Below are positions 1 to 10,300 of a DNA stretch of 64,000 nt, in pieces (positions within the stretch are counted from its first letter, which is position 1; the number at the start of each line of letters is the position of its first letter). The notes beneath the pieces are model-generated. The model was not told where the DNA came from, ran no database searches, and saw nothing but the letters and a program-made list of their open reading frames with translations. Source of the stretch: an uncultured bacterium (GTDB lineage: Bacteria > Chloroflexota > UBA5177 > JANWHV01). The stretch is from assembly GCA_963827235.1 (NCBI GenBank), contig CAWHAE010000012.1, positions 888,045-952,044 of the forward strand, read 5' to 3'. The translations under genes and the position numbers were made by a program.

Positions 1-51
1 GACGATGCCTCCCAGGCCAGTTCCGGCGGAGCTTACAGGAAGGTAGGTGCC

Positions 52-378
52 GTGGACAATCTCGACCAGTATGCGGATCTTTGGGGTTCTCGAGCCAAGG
101 AGTATGTGCTCCTCAGGGGACCCGGCGTCATGTTGCCCTTCCACCTGCCCTCAGGGGGTGCGTTGATCATCGAGGATCATAAGACGGCGGTCGAAGTGGT
201 GTCGCGCATGCAGAAAGCAGGCGTACCGGTCGTGGACGAGATAGCTCCGGGGCCCGACTTCGAACGCATCAAGCGGGAGCAGGGCGATCCACAGCAGGTC
301 CTGGACCGGCTCCTAGAGGGGTTCGCGCCATCACAGCCAGCGCGGAAGAAGCGAAAAGGAGGCCTCGATGCCGAGTAG
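52..378 (+). CDS. hypothetical protein, 108 aa
   Basis: GTG-start ORF with a purine-rich SD-like AGGAAGGTAGG at 37-47. It ends 18 nt before the next ORF and has a basic tail (ARKKRKGG). No family motif recognisable by eye. Confidence 0.4.
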   Translation: MDNLDQYADLWGSRAKEYVLLRGPGVMLPFHLPSGGALIIEDHKTAVEVVSRMQKAGVPVVDEIAPGPDFERIKREQGDPQQVLDRLLEGFAPSQPARKKRKGGLDAE

Positions 379-395
379 CGCCCACGGGTGATGAC

Positions 396-815
396 ATGCC
401 TGACCTGCACGGTGAGTTGCAAGATGATCCATGGACGGAGCTTGATGCTCAGGAGGTAACCGCGCATAGCGAAGGCGGCGAGCGTCTGCGTGCTGCCAAG
501 CACGAGTTGATACCGATGGAACGCGAGGATATCCCCGGCTTTGCCAACGAGGAAGAAGAACACCAATTCAGGTCAACACATAGCCTAGGCCCGCGTTTGC
601 TGGCAGAGATGAAGTCTGTACCGCCCGAAGGCGATGAGTGGGCGCCTCCCGCGCGCCCCCGCGCGGCGCGCTCTGTGCAGCTGCGTTTGGGCGATGACAT
701 CGTGACGCGCGCCAAGACCCTGGCGGCGTTGCGCCATACCGGCTACCAGACCTCGCTCAAAGAGTTCGTGATCGAACGGCTCTACGAGGAAGAGAAGCGC
801 GTCGGGCTGCGGTAA
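396..815 (+). CDS. ribbon-helix-helix antitoxin-like protein (BrnA/CopG-type)
   Basis: 139 aa. The central IPGFANEEEEHQF..THS segment and the C-terminal SVQLRLGDDIVTRAKTLAALRHTGYQTSLKEFVIERL resemble the BrnA/CopG-type type II antitoxin pattern as I recall it. Not searched. Confidence 0.6.
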   Translation: MPDLHGELQDDPWTELDAQEVTAHSEGGERLRAAKHELIPMEREDIPGFANEEEEHQFRSTHSLGPRLLAEMKSVPPEGDEWAPPARPRAARSVQLRLGDDIVTRAKTLAALRHTGYQTSLKEFVIERLYEEEKRVGLR

Positions 816-832
816 AACGGCCGAAGCAAGGC

Positions 833-1723
833 TCAGGTGCCGAAGGCAATCTCGGTTTGTACGTGCTCGGCGCGCGGACGATGCCAGTCGGATAGCCCGT
901 AGCGCTCGCGGATCTCGGCCACCCGTGCATCGAGCCGCTCGACAGCCTCGCGTGGCGGATACTTGCCCGCGTAGAGGCGCGCGTGCAGCGGCACGAGGTC
1001 CGGGTATTCGTGCTGCAGGAAACGCATGTAGTGGGTGCGCTCGCCCGCCCCAAGGTGCAGCGCTCCGGCGGCGAAGAACGAGGCGCCGTGCTCCGCCGCC
1101 GCCCGCGCCGTCGCCTCCAGACTGTCGCCGCTGCTGCTCAGCCCGGGGATGATCGGCGCCGCCAGCACGCCGACCGGCACGCCAGCCCCGGCCAGCACGC
1201 TCATGGCCCGCAGCCGCTTGTCCGGAGGGGCGGTGCCGGGCTCGCTGGCCCGCCAGACCGAGCGGTCCACGGTCGGTATGCTGAAGCACACCACGCAGCC
1301 CGCCCGCTGCGCGATGCCCGCCAGCAGCGCGCTGTCCCGCACGATCAGGGTGCCCTTGGTGACCAGGTTGAGCGGGTTGCGCGCCTCGTCCAGCACCTCG
1401 AGCATGCCGTGAGTCAGCCGGTAGCGCGCCTCCGCCGGCTGGTACGGATCGGTGGCAGTGCCGATGGATACGTTCTCCCGCCGCCACGAAGGCTGCCGCA
1501 GCTCCCAGCGAAGCAGATCGGGCGCGTTGATCTTGGCGAAGATGATCCCGGAGAAGTCGTCGTCGCCGTTGAGGTCCAGGTAGGTGTGGGTCCCGCGCGC
1601 GTAGCAATAGTGGCAGCCGTGCACGCAGCCGCGGTAGGGATTGATGCTCCACTTGAACGGCATGCCGTGGACGCGATTGATGATACGCTTGGCGACGATC
1701 TCGCGGTATTCGACGGACGCCAT
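833..1723 (-). CDS. radical SAM protein (Rv2578c/SplB-like family)
   Basis: N-terminal INPYRGCVHGCHYCYAR carries the CxxxCxxC 4Fe-4S/SAM motif. At 296 aa the overall layout is typical of the Rv2578c-type radical SAM family. Confidence 0.85.
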   Translation of the reverse strand: MASVEYREIVAKRIINRVHGMPFKWSINPYRGCVHGCHYCYARGTHTYLDLNGDDDFSGIIFAKINAPDLLRWELRQPSWRRENVSIGTATDPYQPAEARYRLTHGMLEVLDEARNPLNLVTKGTLIVRDSALLAGIAQRAGCVVCFSIPTVDRSVWRASEPGTAPPDKRLRAMSVLAGAGVPVGVLAAPIIPGLSSSGDSLEATARAAAEHGASFFAAGALHLGAGERTHYMRFLQHEYPDLVPLHARLYAGKYPPREAVERLDARVAEIRERYGLSDWHRPRAEHVQTEIAFGT

Positions 1724-1785
1724 GGATGCCCGCTTACTAGTTCATCTGTTCTAGTATAGCAGATCGTACCCTGGCAGGCAGCCGG

Positions 1786-2160
1786 TCAGCGGGCGAAGCG
1801 CTCGACCTTCTCAAACAGATCGCGCAGGGCAAACGGCTTGCCGAGCAAGCCGTCGGCATTGATCTCGCCGCCTCGCTTCTCCACGTCCGCCGCTGCCGTA
1901 CACACGACGATCGGTGCCTTGGGACCGGGCCGACTGGCATAGGCCCTGGCGAAGTCCCAGCCGTCCATCACGGGCATCTTCATGTCGAGCAGGATCAGGT
2001 TCGGCACGAGGCTGCCCACCAGTGCCAGCGCGCTGGCGCCATTGTCGGCCTCGACGACCTTGTACCCTTCGGTCTGCAGGGCGAGCTGCAAGAAGTCGCG
2101 GATGTTCTCGTCATCGTCCACCACCATGATGCACTTGACGCCGGCGGTCGGATACCCCAC
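1786..2160 (-). CDS. single-domain response regulator (CheY-like receiver)
   Basis: Receiver motifs: MVVDDDENIRDFL, LILLDMKMPVMDG, GLLGKPF. No output domain. The GTG start at 2160 lies 1 nt after the kinase stop; the start is uncertain (alternatives 2139 or 2127), and the ORF-track start at 2343 overlaps the kinase. Confidence 0.8.
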   Translation of the reverse strand: MGYPTAGVKCIMVVDDDENIRDFLQLALQTEGYKVVEADNGASALALVGSLVPNLILLDMKMPVMDGWDFARAYASRPGPKAPIVVCTAAADVEKRGGEINADGLLGKPFALRDLFEKVERFAR

Positions 2161-2161
2161 C

Positions 2162-3643
2162 TCAGGCTTCCACGTCCAGGGGAAGCAACACGGTGAATTC
2201 GGAGCCGCCGTCGGAAGGGAAGGCCACCTCCATCTTCCCGCCGTGCAGCTCGACGATCTGGTGCGAGATGTACAGCCCGAGGCCCATGCCGGAGCGATGC
2301 ATGCGCGAGTGCGCCTGGTAGTACCGGTCGAAGATATGGGCACGCTCTTCCTGGGGGATGCCTATCCCGTGGTCGCGCACGCTGATGCGAGCCCAACGGC
2401 CGGCATCGCACGAGCCGGTGACCACGATCTGCCCTCCGTCGGGGCTGTACTTGATTGCATTGTCGACCAGATTGGTGATCACCTGCTCCAGTCGCAGACT
2501 GTCCACCGTGCCGGCCATGCTCTCGGGAGCCCGAACGAGCAGCGTATGCGCCGTGGTCCGCGCCTGCGCATCCTGGGCAACGCCGCGAACGATCGGCACC
2601 AGGTCTGTCTGCTTGCGGTCCAGCCGAAGCCGCCCGGCCTCGATGCGCGAGGCGTCGAGCAGTTGGTTCACCAGCGCGTTCAGCTTTTCCGACTGCCTGG
2701 CAATGGTCTGCAGCGCTCGCCGTACCAGCGCGATCTCCGGCTCGCGGCCCCGCTCGTAGAGCCTGTCCAGCGCCTCGGCAAAGCCGAGCAAGCTGGTCAA
2801 CGGCGTCTTGAGCTCGTGGGCGGCCACCGACAGGAACTCGTCCCGCTGCCGTACCGCCTGCTCCGCCGCCTCCGCACGCATGCGCTCGGATTCTGCGCGC
2901 TTGCGCTCCGAGATGTCGCGCACCACGGCCGTCACCAGCGTGTCACCCTCCGACACGAAGGGACTCAAGCTGATCTCGACCGGAAAGGTGGTGCCGTCCT
3001 TTCTCTGACCGTACAGCTCCAGGCCGGCACCCATGGGGCGCAGTCGAGGATTCAGATGGTAGCCGGCCCGATGCGCCGCGTGCTGCGCCCGGTACTGCTC
3101 CGGCACGAGCATGTCTATCGACATGTCGAGCAGCTCGGCACGGCCGTAGCCGAATACCTGTGTCGCCTGCGAATTGACGAACACTATTCGTCCGCTGCGG
3201 TCGACGCTCACGATGGCATCGGGGGCCGATTCGAGCATGTTGCGCAGATACGCCTCGGTATGGACGAGCGTCTGCTCCGCCCGCTTGCGTTCCGTGATGT
3301 CCGTGTTGATCTCGAGCAGAGAGGGGGGGTCGCCGCGGCGACCTTCCCAGAGAGACCAGCGGCTCTCCACGGTAACTTGCCTGCCGTCTCGCGTGTGGTG
3401 AATCAGCTCACCGCTCCACAGCCCCCGTGCACGCAAGATGCTCTGGATGTCCATGAACGGCACGGGAAACCGGGTCTTCAGCAGGGCGTGGGTCGTCTTG
3501 CCCAGCGCCTCCGCCGCGGTCCATCCATAGAGGCGCTCCGCCGCCCTGTTCCACCGCAGTATGGTCGCAGTGGCAAGATCGCGAACGATAATCGCGTCGT
3601 TGGCCAGGTCGATAAGCTCGTCGCCCGCGGTTGTTCCGTCCAT
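2162..3643 (-). CDS. cytoplasmic PAS-PAS sensor histidine kinase
   Basis: Two PAS-like modules, each followed by DITERKRAE or DISERKRAE. H-box AAHELKTPL, N-box NLVDNAIKYS, G-boxes DHGIGIP and GMGLGL. No obvious TM segment. Confidence 0.9.
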   Translation of the reverse strand: MDGTTAGDELIDLANDAIIVRDLATATILRWNRAAERLYGWTAAEALGKTTHALLKTRFPVPFMDIQSILRARGLWSGELIHHTRDGRQVTVESRWSLWEGRRGDPPSLLEINTDITERKRAEQTLVHTEAYLRNMLESAPDAIVSVDRSGRIVFVNSQATQVFGYGRAELLDMSIDMLVPEQYRAQHAAHRAGYHLNPRLRPMGAGLELYGQRKDGTTFPVEISLSPFVSEGDTLVTAVVRDISERKRAESERMRAEAAEQAVRQRDEFLSVAAHELKTPLTSLLGFAEALDRLYERGREPEIALVRRALQTIARQSEKLNALVNQLLDASRIEAGRLRLDRKQTDLVPIVRGVAQDAQARTTAHTLLVRAPESMAGTVDSLRLEQVITNLVDNAIKYSPDGGQIVVTGSCDAGRWARISVRDHGIGIPQEERAHIFDRYYQAHSRMHRSGMGLGLYISHQIVELHGGKMEVAFPSDGGSEFTVLLPLDVEA

Positions 3644-3841
3644 AGCACTCCGAGATTCCTGGTGAGCCCGGCGATCGCTAGCCTACCGAGGCATTGGACG
3701 AACTCTCTAGGCCTTATCACCTCCTTATACCGCGCCCGCCGGATTCTGGCAATGCGAGCCCACTCATGAACCGCCGTGCATCCCGTATCATGACCGTCAG
3801 GCCGGGCGAGCTGTGCCGCCGCCCGCCGTCCACGCTTATCG

Positions 3842-5557
3842 ATGCGAGAGGTTCCCGTGCACCGAACGAAGCTCCTCTGTGAGACGCTGAGGCAGAGCCC
3901 GGCGGACGCCGAGTCTGCCGGCCACCAGTACCTGCTGCGCGGCAGCTACGTCCAGGCTCACGCCGCCGGCATCTATTCGCTGCTCCCACTCGGCGTGCGC
4001 GTGAAGCGCAAGATCGAGCAGATCATGCGCGAGGAGATGGATGCGATCGGTGGGCTGGAAATCGTGATGCCGGTCGTACAGCCGGCCGACCTCTGGCAGG
4101 AGAGCGGCCGCTGGCAGTCCGTCGGCCCGGAGCTGGCCAGACTTGTAGACCGCAGCGGTCGCGACCTCGTGCTGGCCATGACGCACGAAGAAGCCGTTAC
4201 CGACGTGCTGCGCAAGCAGGTCACCTCCTACCGGCGGCTGCCGCTTCTGCTCTACCAGATCCAGACCAAGTTCCGCGACGAGCCGCGATCGCGCGGCGGA
4301 CTGATCCGCCTGCGCGAGTTCACCATGAAGGACGCCTACAGCGCGGACGTGTCGCCTGAAGCGCTTGACGCCTCGTACCTCCGCGTCTTCGGCGCCTACC
4401 AGCGCATCTTCGAGCGCCTGCAACTTCCCGTTCTGCCGGTGGTCGCCGACGTTGGCATGATGGGCGGCTCGGCGGCACATGAGTTCATGTTCCTGTCCGA
4501 GGTGGGTGAAGATACGGTGGTGCTCTGCGACGCCTGCGGATTCGCCGCCAACCAGCAGGTGGCGCCCTTCCGAAAGGACATCCCCCCGGCAGAGGAACCG
4601 CTGCCGCTGGAGCCCGTGGAGACGCCGGACACGCCGACGATCGCCTCGCTCGCCGCGCTGCTGCAGGTGCCTGCCTCGCGCACCGCGAAGGCGGCCTTCT
4701 TCGTGGCCGGAGACCGCCTCGTCTTCGCCGTCGTGCGCGGGGACATGGAGGTCAACGAAACGAAGCTCGCCGCCGCGGTGGGCGCGCGCGAGCTTCGTTT
4801 TGCCTCCCCGGAGGACCTCGCGGGCACCGGTATCGTTCCCGGCTTTGCCTCCCCTATCGGCGTGGACCGCGTGCTGGTCGTGGTCGACGACCTGGTGCCG
4901 CGATCGCCCAACCTGGTCGCGGGCGCCAATCGCCCGGGCTACCATCTTCGCAACACGAACGTCCCCCGCGACTACCGCCCGGGCATCGTCGCCGACATCA
5001 CGAAGGCGCAGGAGGGCGCGCCCTGCCCCAACTGTGGCGCGCCGCTTCGCCTGGCACGCGCGGTCGAGGTCGGCAATATCTTCAAGCTGGGCACCCGCTA
5101 TGCCCGGGCCCTGGGCGCCACCTACATGAACGAGGCCGGGCAGCCAGTCGACATCGAGATGGGTTCCTACGGCATCGGAGTCGAGCGGCTGATCGCTTGC
5201 TTGGCGGAAGCGCATCACGACGAGGACGGCTTGATCTGGCCCGCGGTCGTGTCGCCGTACCAGGTCTATCTCGTGGGCCTGGATCTTGAAATCGAGGCGG
5301 TCAGCACCGCCGCCGGCCGGCTCTATGATGAGCTTCAGGCGGCAGGCGTTGAGGTACTGTACGACGACCGCGACGAGCGCGCCGGCGTGAAGTTCAAGGA
5401 TGCCGATCTGCTCGGAATGCCGGTCCGTGTGACCGTCAGCAAGAGAACGCTGGCACGCGAGGCCGTGGAGCTGAAACGGCGATCCGGAGGCGACGCCCGC
5501 GATCTGCCGCTCGACCGGGCTGCCCCAGCTATTGTCGAGGACCTCACCCAGCAGTGA
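3842..5557 (+). CDS. proS: proline--tRNA ligase (bacterial type with editing insertion)
   Basis: 571 aa with class II aaRS motifs (FRDEPRSRGGLIRLREFTMKDAYS; GSYGIGVERL). The N-terminus aligns to ProRS (PADAE..HQYLLR). Length fits the bacterial-type enzyme with INS domain. The start may be the GTG at 3857. Confidence 0.93.
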   Translation: MREVPVHRTKLLCETLRQSPADAESAGHQYLLRGSYVQAHAAGIYSLLPLGVRVKRKIEQIMREEMDAIGGLEIVMPVVQPADLWQESGRWQSVGPELARLVDRSGRDLVLAMTHEEAVTDVLRKQVTSYRRLPLLLYQIQTKFRDEPRSRGGLIRLREFTMKDAYSADVSPEALDASYLRVFGAYQRIFERLQLPVLPVVADVGMMGGSAAHEFMFLSEVGEDTVVLCDACGFAANQQVAPFRKDIPPAEEPLPLEPVETPDTPTIASLAALLQVPASRTAKAAFFVAGDRLVFAVVRGDMEVNETKLAAAVGARELRFASPEDLAGTGIVPGFASPIGVDRVLVVVDDLVPRSPNLVAGANRPGYHLRNTNVPRDYRPGIVADITKAQEGAPCPNCGAPLRLARAVEVGNIFKLGTRYARALGATYMNEAGQPVDIEMGSYGIGVERLIACLAEAHHDEDGLIWPAVVSPYQVYLVGLDLEIEAVSTAAGRLYDELQAAGVEVLYDDRDERAGVKFKDADLLGMPVRVTVSKRTLAREAVELKRRSGGDARDLPLDRAAPAIVEDLTQQ

Positions 5558-5576
5558 CCCGCGAGCACGCGATTGG

Positions 5577-7034
5577 TCAGGCGGTAGCTACCTGCGCCCT
5601 TTGCAGGTCGGCCTCCTTCTTGATCTGCTTCGCCTTGTCCTTCTGGCCGATCTCGGCGTAGCTCGCCGCCAATCTGTCCAGCTCGCGAATCGTTTCGCGG
5701 CGCGAGCCGGATGCCCGGCACTCGGCGACGTTCTTTTCCTGGTACTCGATGGAGCGCGCACGCTCGCCGCGCCGCCAGAGCGAGCGAGCGGCCACAAAGT
5801 AGGCGCGAGCCAGGGCCTGATGGTCCCCGGACTCGGTAGCGGTAGCAAGTGATTGGTCGAACAGCTCGCGGGCTTCTTCCGCTTCGCCCTTGAGATCGAG
5901 GATGTTGGCGCAGTTCCCGAGCGCCTCCGCGAGCTCCACGCGGTTACCGGCGCGGCGGCGCAGCTCGAGCGCTCGCCGGTAATAGTCGAGCGCTTCGTCC
6001 AGGCGGTTCTGCCCTTCGTATGTCCTGCCCAGCTCGGCCGAGGCTATAGCCTGCGCGCCTTCGTCGCCAAGCTCGATGTAGAGCGCCAGCGCCTTGCTCA
6101 GGCTGGCGACGGCGGCAGCCAGCATACCCTGCGCCGCCAGTGACCGTCCCAGCCGCACGAGCGTGGCGGACAGGAGCACCGGATCGTTCAGGGTCTCGAT
6201 GCGCGGAAGGGCCTGCTCCAGCATCTTCCGAGCGGCGTCGTGATTGCCCTGGCGCTGATAGACCTCTGCTATCGCGCCGAGAACCTTGCCTGCCTCGGCC
6301 CGATTATCCGACTCTTCGCGGATCCGCGAGGCGAGCCGAAGCCGATCCAGGGCGACTGACTCCCGTTCCTGCCGTGCCGCGACCATACCACCGGCGTAGC
6401 AGGCCTCCGCGAGCAACTCCCGATCGCCGAGCGTCTCCAGCAGGGCGATGGCACGAGCAAACGTGGCCTCGGCTTCGGCCAGGCTGCCGATTTGCAGCTG
6501 CAGGCTGCCGATCTGCACGAGGCACTGCGCGATCTCAGGCACGTTGTTGAGCTGCTCGCGCATGCGTAACGTCTGCGTGAAGCCGGCCAGCGCCTCGGCG
6601 TACATCTGCATGGCGACCAGCGCGCGGCAGGCGGTGAACAACGAGGAGGCGGTGGCCTCCACGTCACCCAGGCGCTCGCACACTGCCACCGATCGCTGTG
6701 CCATGTCGTAGGCATCCCGATAGTTGCCCAACTGAGCGTAGAGTTCGCTCATATCGCGCAGTAAGGCGGCGGCCACGCCGAAATTGCCCAGGCGGTCGTG
6801 AAGCACAAGGCAGCGCTGGCAGGTTTGCAGCGCTTCGGCCGCCATGCCGTACTGCCGATAGAGGCCGGTTATCCTCTCCAGCGCAGTTACGGCGCCCTTG
6901 AGGTCACCGTCCGCCTCATATTCACTCAGGGTACGCTGCCACTTCGCGAGCAGAATCCTGGCGGACGAGGAAAGCGGCGACGGGGTTTCGGGCAAGCTCA
7001 TTGCACTCCTGGGTTGGCAGACCGCTGCCATCAT
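5577..7034 (-). CDS. tetratricopeptide-repeat protein
   Basis: 485 aa made almost entirely of about 40-aa A/L/Y/G-patterned repeats (e.g. LGNYRDAYDMAQRSVAVCERLGD, QGNHDAARKMLEQALPRIETL). Convergent with proS, with only 19 nt between stops. Confidence 0.75.
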   Translation of the reverse strand: MMAAVCQPRSAMSLPETPSPLSSSARILLAKWQRTLSEYEADGDLKGAVTALERITGLYRQYGMAAEALQTCQRCLVLHDRLGNFGVAAALLRDMSELYAQLGNYRDAYDMAQRSVAVCERLGDVEATASSLFTACRALVAMQMYAEALAGFTQTLRMREQLNNVPEIAQCLVQIGSLQLQIGSLAEAEATFARAIALLETLGDRELLAEACYAGGMVAARQERESVALDRLRLASRIREESDNRAEAGKVLGAIAEVYQRQGNHDAARKMLEQALPRIETLNDPVLLSATLVRLGRSLAAQGMLAAAVASLSKALALYIELGDEGAQAIASAELGRTYEGQNRLDEALDYYRRALELRRRAGNRVELAEALGNCANILDLKGEAEEARELFDQSLATATESGDHQALARAYFVAARSLWRRGERARSIEYQEKNVAECRASGSRRETIRELDRLAASYAEIGQKDKAKQIKKEADLQRAQVATA

Positions 7035-7203
7035 TCATGATACCGTGTAGCACTGGTCGACCGCCCGACCCGCCACGCCCGGTGGTCTGATAATAGCGCA
7101 ATTGCCGCCACTCCGCGCAGAAGTCCTGGATACGACCGGGCAGTTACCGTCCGTTGTCATGGTGGACGTGCGCGGCCTAGCAGACACGGGCCGAGCCCCG
7201 CCG

Positions 7204-7233
7204 GCTGCTGCCGGCTTCGCGGCCGGCAGCAGC
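7204..7233 (-). terminator. GC-rich hairpin downstream of the GH38 gene
   Basis: Perfect 12-bp inverted repeat GCTGCTGCCGGC / GCCGGCAGCAGC with a 6-nt loop, about 140 nt after the GH38 stop. No U-tract. Confidence 0.3.
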
Positions 7234-7372
7234 GCCTGTCCCTACCCCCCCAGCCGCGGTTCGGAGCTTCGTCAACCGGCCGCAGCCGGCCGCGCCGCAG
7301 CCGTTCGACCGCAGTCGCTGGTTCCGGGCCCAGTACCTGCCGCCCTGCCGCGGTGGGAGGTACCGTTTCCCA

Positions 7373-10300
7373 TCAAGGCTGGATACCCACCCGGAACGAG
7401 CGAACCTGGAACGGCAGGATTTCGAATACCAACGAACGACCATCCACGTGCAGCGGACCGGCAGCGCCGTCCGGCTCCTCCAGGATGGTGACGGCAGACG
7501 CCTTCTCGATCGGCTGGGCAAAGGTAAGCGTCACCGTGCCGCGGCGATTCGCGCAGTCGTACACGCGCACAATTGTCCCGTTGCCGTCCTCGGCCGGCTT
7601 CACGGTATCGACCACCGCGTGAGCGCGATCGCTGGACACAAAGGACGCCTGCGCGCTCAGCTTCGATCCACTGCCCGGCACAGCGCGGGCGCGCGCCGGC
7701 ATGTTAAAGGCGACGGCAGCCTGCACCGTGTTCTCGATGCTCCAGTCCGGGCCGTGGGGGAGTAGCGCGTAGGAGAAGCTCTGCGTACCCTCGTCCGCCA
7801 TCGGATCCGGCTCGATGCCGGACTTGAGCAGAGTCAGGCTCAGCACGTTGCCCAGGCATTCGTGCCCGTATTTCCCGTCGTTGAGCAGACTGACGCCGTA
7901 CCCGCCTTCAGAGAGATCGGCCCAGCGGTGGGCACAGACCTCGAATCGCGCCGCATCCCAGCTCGTGTTGCGATGCACCTGCCGCTGCACGAAGCCGAAG
8001 GCACACTCGTAGGTGGCGGCTACCGCGTGAACCGCCAGCGGGAACGCCGCCTTGAGCAACACCTGTCGCTGGTGCCAGTCGATCGTGGTCAGGATGTCCA
8101 CGCGCGGCGTGCCAGCGTGCAGCAGGATACGCTGGCGGATTGTGGAGTGGCCGAAGTGCCGAGCGATCTCGATTCCGGCCCGAACAGGCCCCTCCTCGAC
8201 GACCTGCCAGGAATGGACGCTATCTATCTCCACGCACTTGTCCACGTAGAACTCGTCGATATCCCAGGCATCGTTGGCCAGTGGCTTGTCTTCGAAGGCC
8301 AGCAACCGGTTGCCCCCTCCCGGAGCAAGCACTTCGCGGCCGAAGCGCTTGTCGACCAGCGAAGCGAAGCGGCCTCGATCGTCCAGCTCCAGGCGGAAGT
8401 AGCGATTCTCGAGCACGCGCTCGCTGACCGCGAGCTCGGAAGGAGCGGCAGGGGCGCTGCCGCCCGTGAAGACCAGCGCGTAGCCGAGCGGCGGCACCGT
8501 GAGCCCAGAGACGAGCACGCCACGCTCGGGCCAGGTAACGACCTGCGAGGCCAGCGGCCGTCCATCCGCGGTAGCCAATGCGGCGTCCGCCGGCACGCTG
8601 GCCGGCAATCGCAACTCGAGAGTCTCGTTGCGAGGGAATGGAGAGGCGTTGAAGACGGCGATCGCGGGTCTCTCCGACTGTACCTGCCGCGCGACCACGT
8701 CCTGCGCCTCGGCCAGCACGCCCCCGGCCGTGGCCAGAATCGCCGCGTGTTGCCTGCGCTCGTCCTCGTAGACCTCGCCGATCGAGGAGCCGGGCAGGAT
8801 GTCATGGAACTGGTTCAGCAGCGCGTCCTCCCAGCACGCGGTGAGTCGCTCCTGGCGTGAAGTAGCGTCGCGGTCGTAGGTCGCCGCCCAGGCGCACCAG
8901 AGCTCGGCGTCGTGGAGCAGGTGCTCGACACGCCTGTTGTTCCACTTGGCCCGCGCCTGGCTGGTATAGGTGCCGCGGTGCAGCTCGAAGTAGAGCTCAC
9001 CCTCCCACACGGGAGAGCGCGGATCGCCCAGAACGCGCTCACCCAGGCCGGCAAGATATGCATCGACGCTCGACTGCGAGACGCGAGGCAGGCCCGGGTA
9101 GTCCCGCAGGCGCGTCGCATACTCGAGCATCTGTTCGGTCGGACCGCCGCCGCCGTCCCCGAAGCCGAACGCGTACAGCGTCTGCGTGCTTGCCGCCTTG
9201 TCGCGGAAGCGTATCCAGCTCCCCAGCATCTCCTTCACGGAGAAGTCCCCGTTATAAGTGGCCTGACCGCGCTTCACCGGATAGGGATCGCGCTGGTAGT
9301 CGAGCGGATCCCAATCGGCACCCGCGGTCATGAAGTAGCCAAGCACTTCCGTGCCGTCGATGCCCCGCCAGCGAAACGCGTCGTGGGGCATACGGTTGGT
9401 GGCATTCCAACTCAGCTTGATCGTGACCATCGCCTGCACGCCCGCGCTGCGCATGAGCTGCGGCAGGGAGCCGGTGAAGCCGAAGACGTCCGGCAGCCAC
9501 AGGTAGCGGCATATCTTGCCGAATCGCTGGCGCATGAAACGCTGCCCGTAGAGGAATTGTCGCACCAGCGATTCGCCGCTCGTCAAGTTGCAGTCGGCCT
9601 CGACCCACATGGCGCCCGCCGGCTCCCAACGGCCTTCGGCGGCACGCTTCTCGATCTGGTGATAGAGCTCCGGCTCGTCCTCCTCCAGCCAGCGATACTG
9701 CTGCGGCTGGCTGCAAAGGAATCGGTAGTCCGGGTAACGCTCCATCAGTCGCAGAACGGTCGACCAGCTGCGCGCTATTTTCCGCCTGGTCTGGGAGATC
9801 GGCCACATCCAGGCCGTATCGATGTGCGCGTGCCCGACCGCATCCACCGCCGGACGACTGCCTGCCAAGCCGCGGGCGAGGGTCGCAAGGCCGGCCGAGA
9901 GATGGGTACGCGCCCTTGCCGCGGACTGACGGAATTCCTCGGAGGTGGGCTCCAGGCGGTTCACCATGTTCTCCGCCTCGAGCAACAGCGCGAGCAGCGC
10001 TGCGCGCTCGACCGCCGCATCGGGAAGCACGGCAAGCGCCTCCACGCCAACGGCCAAGTCGTAGTACAGCGCCTCAGCGTCCGCGTCGATCAGCTCCAGG
10101 CGGCAGTCGCCGACTGTAAACGCATCACTGGGCTTGCGCGCTATTGTCGTGACCGGCGATGCGTATGCCTCGATCGCCGCCAGGCGGGACACGCCGTCGC
10201 AGCACTCGGCCGGCAGCACGATTGTCCTGTGATTCTCGTCCAGGCCCTGCCACGGCCGGCCATCCAGATACGCCATGCCCTGGCCGCCCAGCGGCAACGA

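Noticed and set aside
5555-5579. The 19-nt gap between the convergent proS and TPR gene stops, considered as a possible shared terminator.
   Set aside because: It is too short to hold a hairpin and no inverted repeat spans the stops. Probably the 3' ends simply overlap.
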